From Phoronis australis (Eukaryota; Animalia; Phoronida): 64,000 nucleotides of DNA. The DNA lies in the NCBI GenBank assembly GCA_002633005.1, contig NMRA01000058.1:1-64000 (forward strand), given 5' to 3'. Shown here one piece after another: positions 12,808-26,000 of the stretch. The position numbers and the translations under genes were made by a program. A model generated the notes under the pieces. That model searched no databases and was not told where the DNA came from. It worked only from the letters and a program-made list of their open reading frames with translations. How positions within the stretch are numbered: the stretch's first letter is position 1; each line of letters begins with the position of its first letter.

Positions 12808-15800
12808 CTGGGGAGAAAGGAACAGAAACTTGCAATTCTCACGAATGTAAACTTGTACAGATCCTTAAAAATTTCAGTGGCAATGAGTACTTAGTACAAT
12901 TTAAGTTATGAGAGATTAATAAACGCTGAATGAACCTTCAAAGCAGAATTATATTAATAAACAAAATGTTAAAATTGCAAAATTATGGTAAATTAACTAG
13001 CAGTGCAAGGATTGCTATTTCAGTGCAGGACATTAAAATCATTTGAAAGACTTTACTAAATGCCTATATTGCACACAAGCATCACCAAAACACCAACTGC
13101 TTTACAGTAAAACTGGTATAAGTCAGATCCAACCAAACCATTAGATTATATGTGGAAAAAAGCTAAAATTAACTAATCTGAAGGGTTGAGTACATTAAAC
13201 TAAAGCAACAATACCACCAAACTTTGTTCAAAAAAGTTAAGATTTGACTTGTGCAAGTTTTACTGTAACACATACACTTCACGTAGTCTAATCCCATCAC
13301 CGGAAAATACCCAACCTTGATAACAATTCACTCAGAGTTCACTTACAATACATGGGCACACAATATGCAAAATACTGTGTACAGTATGTCAAGTCAAGAA
13401 TAGGGAACTGATTCACCAAGTCTAAGCAAAATTAGGCTCATCAAAATGACAAAATTTTGTGCACAAATAGCCAAATTAGAAAATAAGTCCCTTGCTCAGG
13501 TTTATCAGCAATTGTCACATACTGGGATCCCAGATTTTGAGAACTACTTTGAGGCCCCTCATTCAGAGGTGAAAACTGGTTCTCTAAATCTGGGACAGCC
13601 ATGAAATGACCAATACTGATTTATTCCACAACCAACACCAATATTTCAACTGATCACAACCTCCTCTCCCACACTTTCAACAGTTCTATCACGCAACTAG
13701 TTTTAGTATTCATAAAGCCATTACCAGTATCTCAATATTTTGAGAAATCTTTGTCCAACAATAATCCACCTCACCTGTCCAACCTTATAAATACTCTTGC
13801 CTACATTAACTAGTTATAATGCAAGCAGGTACAATTATAATTGTTTTCGCAAGAAGTTGACAGATTTCCTCAACGTCATACGGAAACATACTTAGTCTAG
13901 AAAGAGGACAGATAAGAAATGTGTACTTAATTAAAAGCAGCCAAAAAATTTTAGCTACAGATTTCTTTTATTTTGGATTTGAACATTCTGAATCAATTTT
14001 TGTCAACTTTTTGTGAAAAATGCTATTAATCTGAACCTGTTAAGAGTGCACTATTATTAAGCTTTACCAAACAGGCATTGAGCTAAATAGCATGCAGTCA
14101 CACTGTGTGATTTGCTGGGAATGGAGGCAAAAGAAAGCAAGAATAAAATGGGTGGTTTCTGATTACAGAGGACTCAGTCGTGCCAGTAGGAACACCACAG
14201 TTTAGAATGCACAATTTCAGGGCTTCCAAACCAGGAATTGCATTGGGGCATTCAATTTAAAGTGGCAATAAACCTGCCTTGCATGTATCACGATTGCATG
14301 AAATCAGGCCCTAAACGTTGACTTGATAGATGTGTCATTTCATGCACTTGGCATGGTCTCAGAAAATAACAGACAGTCAGTTCTAGCAAGCAAGCCCAGA
14401 AACCATTTCCCAACTAAGGAAGGAACAAATTGAGACCAATTTTACTGCATGAAATGGTCTAAATAAAAAATCACTTATTGAACAAAACAAAGGCTAACAG
14501 CCGCTTTAATAATCCAACCGCAACACTTCAGTCATATGCAATGCATAACTTTGAATGCACCCAGTAAGGTTCTGTGTGTCAAGTCGAGGATGGGTTACTT
14601 TTTACTACGAATGCATCAATAACGGTAATGTGGAGACACCTGTTGGTAGCATGCACTAGCCCATAACCAGGAATTACTGCTAAACATGCTTACATGGGGT
14701 CTGTCCTTGTGCTAACAAACCAAGAATGTAAGAACAAAAATATGTAAACTGCAGCAAAGTACATCAACAGTTCATGCTCGTTTAGTTCATGTCATTATTA
14801 CTTGTAACATCTTAAGAAATTGGAGATCATTTATGAATGACATATCCCTTGATTGATATAAAGAGACGTGTGATATTGAAACCCATTCATAACTTCCATT
14901 TAATTCACAAAAACACAGTTAGTTTTAATATCAACCATTGTCATAACGTTTGATCTTTAACTTACATTAAAAGCAAACTGTGTGCGATAATTAGTTCAGC
15001 AACACTGAATCTAGAAAAATATTGATTTCTCGATTGCTTAGACTCAGCAACCTGACTAAAGACTTCTCATGCAATTGCAGACTAACATTACCTCATATTC
15101 TTCCTCAGCAAACCCAGTGAAGTAGTTCTCATAGAGATCAAGGCTGGTATCATCGTCGTCGTCATCAGCATGCCCATCATAGAACTCTTCACCTGTCACA
15201 GGTGAAAATAGATGTTCTTATGGTAAAATCTCATCAATTCATGAAACAATATGGTGGAGAAGTGCTTTGTTTTTTCGTAAATAATAACTGCCACAAAATG
15301 CAACTGAAATTATTTTTATCCAAAATTAGTACGATTTTACCATAGTCAGCAGCAGATTGAATGAACGTTAAAAATTTGTCGAATGACTTCTTGACTTCAA
15401 GTGGATGAATATTAACATCCATCATTATATGTCCCAGCTATAAGTTCATTGAACATCTCACTAGGTGGTGCCAATAGTTCTAAAAGTACAATACATGCAT
15501 TCAAGTCGTGTAGGATTCTTATCTCGTGAAAACTTGTGCAGTTTAGACATTTTTTTCATCTTAATTAGATAACAAAAAGAGAACCCTTTCATAATGAGCA
15601 CCACCTGGTGTTTGTTTTCATCAACCTAGTTATAAATGATTACATGTTTTCCCTTTCCCTTACCAACATCGCCTTCTTTTACAGGTGAGAGAGAAAATAC
15701 CTTCTCTTCAATGTATTTTGATGTAGCACTCTTCGGTCTAACAGCAACTAAAATATCACCACAAAATTTGAAAGCCATATACAGCAACAAGGTTAAATGA

Positions 15801-18800
15801 TCATGGTAACAAGCTTACAAGGTAATTTGACAGTAACAAGCTCATGATGAGAAATGAGGAACAGAAGCAATTTATGAACTTCACCCATTCCATCACTGAG
15901 AATTATACTAGAAAAAATTGAATGTTAACAATAATAATTAAGAACCCCTACCACGCTTTTTTTTGAAAAGTGTCACTGGAAAATGTATGTTAGAAATCCC
16001 TGGTAGACTGAGCAATCTTGGAGAACCATTTTCATTATCCAATGCATATCTTTCGCAAAGCTGCATCCACAAAATAAAAGTACATCTGAGTCCCAACTTT
16101 ACTGCAGTTCTTGCATGCAAGGTTGAATATAACGGAACTTGGTTTAACCATACGTGATTGGCCAGTTCTGACCTGATGCTGACCTGCGCACGACGCTTCC
16201 TCTTTGCTTTTGATGGATACCTTAGACAAATCCATTTCCAGGATTCCACCATCTTCCAGGGTATCATCATCCTCAAACTGGGTAAGGTAGAAATTCCTGA
16301 CACACAAAACAATCATTATAGCTGAAACATTTGAACTGAACAGCAAATAGGATTCATGAGTGGGGCCTACATTTAACACACCAAAGCTATATTTTTTCAT
16401 AAAACAGGTAGCATTGTCAAATCTTGTACACTGATGATTAACTCTAGCAATAAGAACAAAAACCGTAAAAAAAGAGGAAAAACACAATTTACCATGGCAA
16501 GATCCTTGTCTACTAACTTTGCCTTGACAAAAATAGAGAAAAATAATGCTGACTTGAATTCTGCATAGTGTTAAGGAAATACAGCCATGGGCGCAAAAAA
16601 TAACAAAATTGCCACTGAAGTCATCGCCAAATTTAATGAAAATTTGTTGAAGACCTTTGAAGATACTGAGGTAAATGTAAAACATCAAAATTACCACTAG
16701 GGTGCACACCGGAATAGTTGGATTAGTCCAAAAGTTCAGTCATGCAATCCCATTCACAAAAGTAATTCACATGCTCAAAATTTCATGAACATACATCAAA
16801 GGGTATTGTGGGCGGATAAAAATTGACACTAGGGGTAGCCACAGCAGTCAAACTTGTCTGAAAATCAATGTCAGCCCCAGTCTTTCCATCAGGAACACAT
16901 CTGCCTATTTTCATAATGATCCTTTGTGCGATTTGGCGGATAGGAAGGCAAACGTCAAAAACATTACCTAAATTTTTTTTAAATTGTCAGGTGGTGCAGA
17001 ATGCGTCAAATCCATCCAAAAACAGGAAGGGGTCATTGTCTCTTTAATAGAAACGCATTTGCTAAATTTTATGAAAATACATCAAGGAGCCTGGAAGATA
17101 CGGAGGGAAACGTAAAAAACTAAAATTGCTACTCAGGGACAGAGCTGTAGTCGAATTGGTCCCACTGGTCATCAGCGTCATAAGAACACATCTGCCAAAT
17201 CACACTATGACCCTGCAAGGGCTTTAAGAGATACAGACCCCAGACAGAGACAATGGCAATGTGCACCTACATATCAATATACATAAGGCACAAGGCACAT
17301 AAAAATGACTGGTAATGACTATTAGGGTAGCAAAATTCTATCAACTTTCCAAATGAATTCACTTTAATTCTCGGTCATAAGGAAAGACTACTCTGGCCAT
17401 GAATTAGACTTCCACCCAAGCCGTAATGATGTGAATTCCGGTCATTTTGTCTGAATACTTTTGACTTGTATTGTACTTACCTGGAAACTTTGAGATCTTC
17501 GATGCGGCACTCAAACAGCTCGCTCATTATTTCCAAGTTTCTGTGCTCAAGCATTTCTACAGTTCGTTTCAATTCATTCAATTCCTCAATATGGATTTCT
17601 CTCTGAAATATAGATTTAAGACCACGATAAAACCCTTTCTGTATAGTCAAGGCCAAAAACGAAGGGTTATACCATTAGACAAATATGGCAACAACCTAAT
17701 GCATGTAACCACACTGAATTCTTTGATCTCACGTACAACTCAAATTTTCCCAGTTTTCTTTTGTGAAAGTGGTTGAAGTATCATCCTGATCATTAAATCC
17801 CTCTCTTGGTTTGATTTACAAACCAACCTTGTTGACTGAAACATTTTTTCTACCCGTTTTCGTATTTCTGTTGGTGCATCTGCCTTTACAGTAGAAAACG
17901 GTTGTACTCATGAAAATTGAAAAAGAGAGTGAGTTAAAACTTGTGCTAGCTTTAAACACTGTCCAAGACATGTGGCTCACAAATAATTACACAAATTTGC
18001 TAACAGCATACTCAACAACAGAAAAACAGAGTGTTGAAATGCGCCCACAAATGCACCGCTAATGGTGTGCTTCTACGGGTGTTTATTTAAATCAAATAGA
18101 TGTTGTAATGCCGTCAGTTACCGACAAATAAAAATATAAAATAGTAAAACTAGTAAAACTAAAATGACGAGCGTCGGTACTAAAATATTTTAAAATATCC
18201 CCACGTATCGAGCGATGCGCTCTTTCTCAAGGGTGTGCTACAGACTGCTGAATACATGTGGGTAGATCTAAAATAACAAGGCACAGGGAACCACATAGTG
18301 TTTATCTGTATCTTTTAAAATGACCACAAGATGGTGCAAAATACGTCGCATCAATCCAAAAATGACAACATATCATCGTTTTGTTAGTAGAAAGTTGCTT
18401 ACTAAATTTCATAAAAATTTGCACACAAGGAGCTTCAGAGAAACAGAGGAAAATGGAAAAACATGAGATTGCACTAGGATGCACAGCATTTGTCTGATCC
18501 ATCTGAAAGTCATCATCCGTTGTCAATTTCATATCAATACACTATCTAAATTTAACTAAGATCCTGCAGCGGGTTTAGGAGATACAGCTATGGGCGCAAA
18601 AAAAAAACAAAGCTGCAACTAGGCGTTGCCAAAGTAGTCGAAGTCGTTGGAAAATCACTGCCAGTTGTCCTCTTCACAGTAGGAACATATACACCTATTT
18701 ATAAAAGTTCCCTTACAATGGTTTGGTAAACAGAGGGTGCGAATGCCAAAAAACAGTAAAAATGGCTGCAAGGTGGGCAAAATATCTTTAATCTATTCAT

Positions 18801-21800
18801 AAACACAAGGAAAGCATCACCTCACAAATAAATGCCTATCAGTCAAATTTTATGAAAATACGTTGAGGATCTTTTTAGATAAGGAGGTAAACATAAAACT
18901 AAAATTGCCACTAGGGGCACATTGGTAGTCCGATCCATCTGAAAGTTGCCGTCATCTGTTGTCAACTTCATACAAATGTACTTGCTAAATTTAATAAAGA
19001 TCTTGCAGATGCTTTACAAGATACAGCCATAGGAGCCACAGTAGTCGAAGTCATCGAAAAATCGTCAAACGCCCTCATTACAGTGAGAACATACATATTT
19101 TTCACAATTATCCTTAGAGTGGTTTGGTTGATAGAAGGGCAGACACCAAAAACAGATTTGAAAACAGTAAAAATCGCCACTAGGTGGCGCAAAATACAAT
19201 GAATTCATCTGGAAATGAGAAGATAGTATCATCTTATTAATAAATGCCTAGTATGTGCCTGAGTTTTATGAAAATCTATCGACTCAGAGGATCTTTGAGG
19301 TAAACGTAAAAAACTAAAATTGCCACTAAGGGGCACACCTGTAGTCGGGTCCATTTGAAATTCATCAACATGTGTCGTCAGCTTCATAGGAACACATCTG
19401 CCACACATCTCATCAAGATCCTGTGAGAGGTTTAAGAGATACTGAGCTGCGGACACCGGATGACCGGACAGACAGAGATGATCGCAATAATAAGGCAGAT
19501 TGGAATCATTAGAGCAATGTTCGTCTCAGGTGGTGACTCAATATTTTTTCCACACTTTGAGTTTCAATATTGAAGTGTACAACAATGTTACAGTGATACT
19601 GATACTGATTGTATCTCACAGTAATTTCAAATTCCCACCATCATAAGTTTATGTGACATAACAGATTATATTCCCCTTAACACACTATGCAATTCTGTAT
19701 TAAACATTATTCTCAGAAAAGAATGTCAAGAGACAAAAACTTACCTCATTTTTCATCCAATCATTATCCAGAACTTCTTGTCGTGCATGTTTATCTAATG
19801 TTCCCATTGCTTTCTAAAAGATTGAAAGCATGCCTTCAGTATTTTGATCCCATTATAACTGTGAGTGGCATATGCAACCTAACGTACTAACAATCTTTAA
19901 TAAACAATAACCAATTAGATATTAAGCAGATAAAATGACAGGAACAGAGCAAGATTGATGAAAATTTTACATGAGAATGACATGACATGATCTGTGCAAT
20001 CACCCATTTCCGTTTTTAATGCTTTATTGGAATCCAATGTAAAAGAACAACAACACCTTCTGCACTGAGCTTTTGGTAATGAAGGAGCAAACACAGTTGT
20101 CTGGAAATTCCTCAAGTATTCTCCATTTCTTTGACCTTTTCTCAAGTGTACATTGATTAGAACTCAAAACTCCCCTGGCTAAAGGCCTCAATGCTTAGTT
20201 TGGTCCTAATAGGGTTATATGAAAAAGCAAGAACTACTAAACAGCAAAATACAAACTTCCGAAGCTATGAACTTTTGCTTGTCAAGGGTTTCTTCTGTGT
20301 ATTTAATAATTTCTTCTTTGGCGACAGAAAGACCTTTTTCTAGCCGACCTGTAAATTGGACATAGGTGAACACAAAATAAGTACAACAAGTCCAAAACAT
20401 CAAATAAACTAAGAGGCTAACAACGCTATAAACTGGAGCATTCATATATACCGCAACGGATTAGAGTAGTTTAGTAGCAGCCCCTCCGATATACAAAATT
20501 AGTCAAATGAGTCACAGTGTTTTCGGACACTTGCTCAAACTCGTATGCAAACTCATAGTGTTTTAATCTGTTGATCCTCCAGAGAAGGCACTCTGACCTA
20601 GTGAGATAATTGTCCACTACATTTATTCAAGTTCGTGGGTACAAGACCCATTCAGGCACACTGCTAGACCCTTAAGCCAGGTCTTCAGCTACTCATCTCA
20701 GTTTTAACTATATTGTTATTAACAGGGCATAAAAATGGCTTCAGGTGATTGGCGAAATGAGCTTACATGAGTTGCCTGCGAAACATCTGGTACAATGTGT
20801 ACCAGACTGCCAGCTTATTTTTTGTTGGTCCTCCAATGAACAACAATCGAGTCTCACATTAGAGGACAAAATAAATATACAAGAGCAATGTGAAGCCGTG
20901 AAATGCACCCATGACAACACTGCAAACAGTGTGATTCTGTGGGTGTTTTAATATAATAATAAAAGTGGCCATTAGATGGAGCAGAATGCGTCAAACCCAT
21001 CTGTATTGAGAATGTGGCACCAGCTCTGTAATACACATACTCCTAAGATAAAGAGGCAAACATAAAAAACAAGTGACACCAGGGGGCACAGCTATAGCGC
21101 AATTGGTCTGAAACATGTCATCATCTATTGCCCATCTTCCAAATTTCACAAAGATCCTTTAAAAGGTTAAGAATTTACAGCCGTAGAGTCGAACACATCC
21201 AGAAATCACTGTCAGCCAGGGTCTTTGCCATCAGGAACAGAACCATCAATTCCCATAATGATTCTTTGAGTGGTTAGTAAGTTACTGATGTAGACGTTAA
21301 AAACATACACAAAATTTTTTAAGAGGCCACCAGGTGATGCAAAAAACATCAAATCTTCCCAAGAATGGGTAGAAACCTATTTGACAAATTTCCTGAAAAT
21401 ACATCGGCTCCAAAGATACATTTTACCACTAGAGGGAACAGTGGTATTTGGATTAGTTCGACACTTGTTACCGTTTGTCGCTTTTCCATAAGAACACATC
21501 TTCCAAACTTCACAAAGCTCCTTCAAAGGGTTAAGGAGTTTCGGCCACAGACGCAAAAAAAATCGCCACTAGACAAATGTAAAAGAAACATTTTGCCTCT
21601 AAGCGAAACAGTTGGATAAGTTCGATACTCATTACAGCTCGTCGTCAGCTCCATAGGAATACATCTTTCAATTTCACAAAGCTCCTTCAGTTCAAAGAGT
21701 TAAGGAGATTCAGCCACATATGGAAAAATGCCACTAGGGGGAGACACAGTAGTCAAACCCATCCTTGACCTTCTGATCAGGAACACATATAAATTTTCAT

Positions 21801-23000
21801 GATCCTATGAGTGGTATGACAGATAGAAAGGCGGACATCAGAAAACGAATGCCAAAATGGCCACAAGGTGGCATAAAATCTGTCGAATCTGTCTGAAAAT
21901 GGAATGGATGATCATTGCCTCCTTTTACTTGCCAAATTTCATGAAAATCCGAAGATACAGAAGCAAACGTAAAAACCTTCTTAAAATAGACCACTTGCAG
22001 GTTGCAGGGAGATCACACGTGTAAACACGAGAGCGGATAGAACTGTCCAGAAACAGGACACAGAGTAGGGAGAACTGATAGTTCCTCTCGTGCTGATGTC
22101 TATGGCCGCGACTTATCAATCTCACGCTTTACGTAGTAGTGTACCATTTTGTTAGTATTGAATGTGTAGGACATAAATTTGAGTGGTAAAAGGAGAATGC
22201 CACCCAATTTAATTAGTTTTTATTTCTGTCTTAATTGGTTTATATCCACACCACTGTCTCAGTAGATACAATTTGTAATGCCTCAGGAGTGCTTGTGAGT
22301 GCATATGTTTTGAGAAATCAGCAATGAATAAATTATACTGCGTTACCGGCTTCAGATGCAATAAAACTAATTGACCAGGCGGCCCCTGTGTGAGCGCTGA
22401 CAAAAAGCTGTTATGTAGTCAGATGTTAGGGGAATCTTTATTTAGTTACATTATTCAAATCATTTTGCCTTTTCCCTGTACGGTTCTGTGGATGGGGAAC
22501 ATGGCTTCGCGACCCCCGACCAGTAAGTAGATATGCAATTTCGTGGCAAATTCACCAAAATATTCACACGCACATTATTCCTTTGGTTCCCTAGTCCAGT
22601 TTTTCGTGACTGGAAGTTTAGTTTTCAACTTCCAAAGCTGACTAACCCAGCTGCTTTATGTTCATAATGTCTCCAGTCGGCACGCGACAGGCCTGATCGA
22701 GTTCTGAGCCTGTGGGTTACATTAACGAGCGTTTTGTATTTAGAACACTGCAAAAATTTGCAAGTCTAAAGTTACAGCACACGGATATGCTCTCCTGTCT
22801 GTATTTCAAGGAAGAATAATTCTAATTGTGTATGTGTGTGTGCGTGCGTGTGTGCGTGTTCCTGTTCATGCATGCATGCGTGTGTGGGAGCATAAAAAGC
22901 ATTTCATTAAAATTGACCAACGGATTAGTTTGACAAGGATGCATCTTTCTTAAAAATGACATTTTCACTTCAAAAAGGTGTTTAGTAAACGCAATAATAA

Positions 23001-23050
<50 letters not shown>

Positions 23051-26000
23051 GTGGCACATAAATAGAAAACATGTATTTATAATCTCTGATCTTATATCTT
23101 ACAGAAAATACATACTTTTACTAGTTGACATAGCCTGGATTTTTGATATTAGAGTTAGAATGAAGGTCACTAAATAAGGTTTGAGATAACCTTAAATGAC
23201 CCTGAAATACGGCAGCTACAGACACTCACCGACCATCTCATCACAGCTCTCCTGCATGTCTTGAAGTTCTTTCTCCAACAGCTCAATCTGTTTCCTGTGT
23301 TCATGTTGGCCCTTGTCTTTATAGTCTCGCCAGTACATGACATCCTTCCTTAGTCGCCCTGTGTCACTTTCTTTCTGTTTTATTTCTTTCTTCATGGCTA
23401 AGAAACCACATTTTTGTAATCTTTAAAACTAACAAAGACACAATTACGACAAAGCATCTAAATTTAACAGGACATTAAAGTGACACTAAATCCTTGCTTT
23501 CTGTCAAAAAACAAGTTTTGAACAAATTTAGGCTAACTGACGATTACAGAATTGGTCTTGTGACTTAATTCTCGGCTTGTCAACTTTGGGATGAGATATT
23601 TCAGAAATTACATAGCTTTTGACTGTCCAACACCACATTTGACTGTCCAACATTTGGTGAAGGCTTAGGTTCATTGTTGGGATCCTTTGAGTTTATTCTG
23701 TGAATTGTTTTGGAAGTGTGAGTTGCATCTTGAGGTAGTTTGTGGGTTTATGTTTTGAACGAACACACCCATCTTTATTCTGTTCAGTATAAATATTCAG
23801 TTAGCTACTCTATTTTTTTAATTGCAGGCAGTCTGGTACAACGTGCGCAGGCTGCGCATGAGGGCCCATTGCACTGATCCCCTGGAAATATTTTTGTGCT
23901 TTATTAATACAATATATAGTTAGAACCGAGCTGAGGAGCTAGAAACCTGACTCGAGTGTCTAGCAGTGTGGCCCAGTAGGACTCGCACCTATGACCTCAA
24001 GTAAAGAAGGCAGGCACCATCACACTAGCCAACACTGCCTCCTCAACTTGCACGCTAATTCCTTATCTCTGCGATTGTTTGGTCAAATTAGTTAGAAACA
24101 CAACATACAGCGATGATGCGAATATGAAGAAGGTTGAAAATTGTCAAATGTTTTTAAGAACGACTTTAGTGTTGAAAATGAGCTGCCTTAAATCACTCAA
24201 CTGTGTCGAGTAAGAAACATGATGTGGTGTTGGACATAACACTACATGATGCAGGTTGTGTGAGCCCCAAAGGTACGTCATTACTGCAAAGGTCACTTAT
24301 TTGCATATTTTTTGTTTTCACATTTACAAGCTTTCAATGAATCCAACTTCACTTTGCTTAGTGTAGATGATGTTGAAATAGCATTGTAGTTTAGTTCCTC
24401 CTTATAGTCAGGAGCATGCAAATACATTATCTTTAATTCACTACAACGATAACTGACCAGAGAGGTTTTGTTCCTCAACTTTTCCAGCCTCCCATTTCTC
24501 CATCATTGTACTTATCACTTCTTCCTTAAGTACGTTCTTAGAGTTCTCAAGTATCTTGTTGTGTTCTTTAGCTTGCCGCAATAAGTTCTTGATATGAACG
24601 AGCTGCTCTTGCTTCAAACGCTCATTCTAGAATGTAAAGGTCTGTCAGTCAACACGCTATAAATCTCGCCATAGCAACTGAGAAAGGCATAAAAGTAGAG
24701 CAACTGTGCAAGAGTTCCAATCTCACTTATCAAACAAATTGTTAAATTGTTAAATTTCCAGAAAAACTAGGCTGTGTCAACCACTAAAAGTATTTTCTAT
24801 AAGAAGACAGATCAGGGGCCATAAAATATACTTAACACTTACGAGTCATTATTATAATGTGGACACCCTTTTTAAGTCAAATTTTCATTTTTAACAAAAG
24901 GTACATTCATAGCACAAATACCCACAGAGTCGATGTTAACGTAACCTTCTTCAATTGGAAGCTTGCCAATATCTCTCAAAAACGCTATTAGAAATTTTCA
25001 TTTGCTCATTTAGTTTGGTTTCCATGCCAAATTAACACAAAAAACATCAGGCATTTTTGTAATAAACATCAGCCGTCTAATACAATAAAGCTAGGACTTA
25101 AGAAAAATCCTAAGATTGGTTTTGAGTTTGATAAAATAAATAATAGAAAAAAAAGGTTCTGTCAAATCCACTGAACTTTTTTTGAGAACTCGTGTTCATA
25201 AAGTTCAAATTATAAGTAGATTTGCTGAGGCCAAGAAAAAGCCAAAAATGTTGTCAGTCTTCTAAATTTCACAGTTTTAGTTTAATTATTCAGCCAAAAC
25301 ATACCAATTAGCTCTGGGTTTGACTGTGTTCACACATGGTCTGTAATAAGCCTGGTAGATAATTGGCCTGCCTATTGTAATACCAGACAAAAGACTGTGC
25401 TTGGCATAAATTTTAGGTGAGGATTTATCCTTTTCACAACTTGCTGTGTTCGTGAACTCAAAGTGCCATACGGCCGGCGCAGCATCTATAAAATTATGAC
25501 ATACAGATGGCACTGGCTGTTTGCCCTAGCAGCAATGTTCCTTTTGTCTCTAAGTCTATTGTTTAATTAGTAACAAACTGAAATTGATAGCAAAGATGTT
25601 GTAAGGTGAGACTCAGTGTTTTGGACAACGTGTAGACCAAACATCAGTCATTAACAGGTAACACTGCATGAGTGGGCAATTTCAGCTGTAAGTTGTCCAA
25701 TTACTTACGGTGTGTACTGTTGGTGGGGCAGGGTACTCCAACGCTCAGTGTAAGTAGGAATATACCATACCACAAACCCAAACGAGTATACCTTGTTTAA
25801 AGAATTACCTCAAGTGGGTAATTAGTTTTAACTATTGCATCATGGTCATGGACATAACTGTGTTTCTGGGTAAAGGAAAAACACAACGTATCCATTTGAA
25901 CATACAGCTCAAAAATAACTGTCAGAATTATCACTTTTCTATTTTTCAAATACTGGTTACCTTGTGCGCTAAATAGGTGAAGCATTACCATGAACCTTTT

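Noticed and set aside
16212-16220. GTATCCAT on the minus strand as a U12 donor in CCDC83
   Set aside because: It deviates from GTATCCTT, is phase 0 while the next exon needs phase 1, and there is no CCTTAAC branch point before the next acceptor.
16035-16709. 224-aa hydrophobic ORF as a standalone membrane protein
   Set aside because: It is CCDC83 exon 8 plus read-through into intronic HINE-derived sequence.
22075-22100. Minus-strand GCACGAGAGGAAC resembling a 28S rRNA motif
   Set aside because: Only ~12 nt of similarity; the flanks do not resemble rRNA.
23960-24045. tRNA gene
   Set aside because: A/B boxes are degenerate, I see no cloverleaf, and it is attached to a shared body found in three copies. 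It is a SINE.
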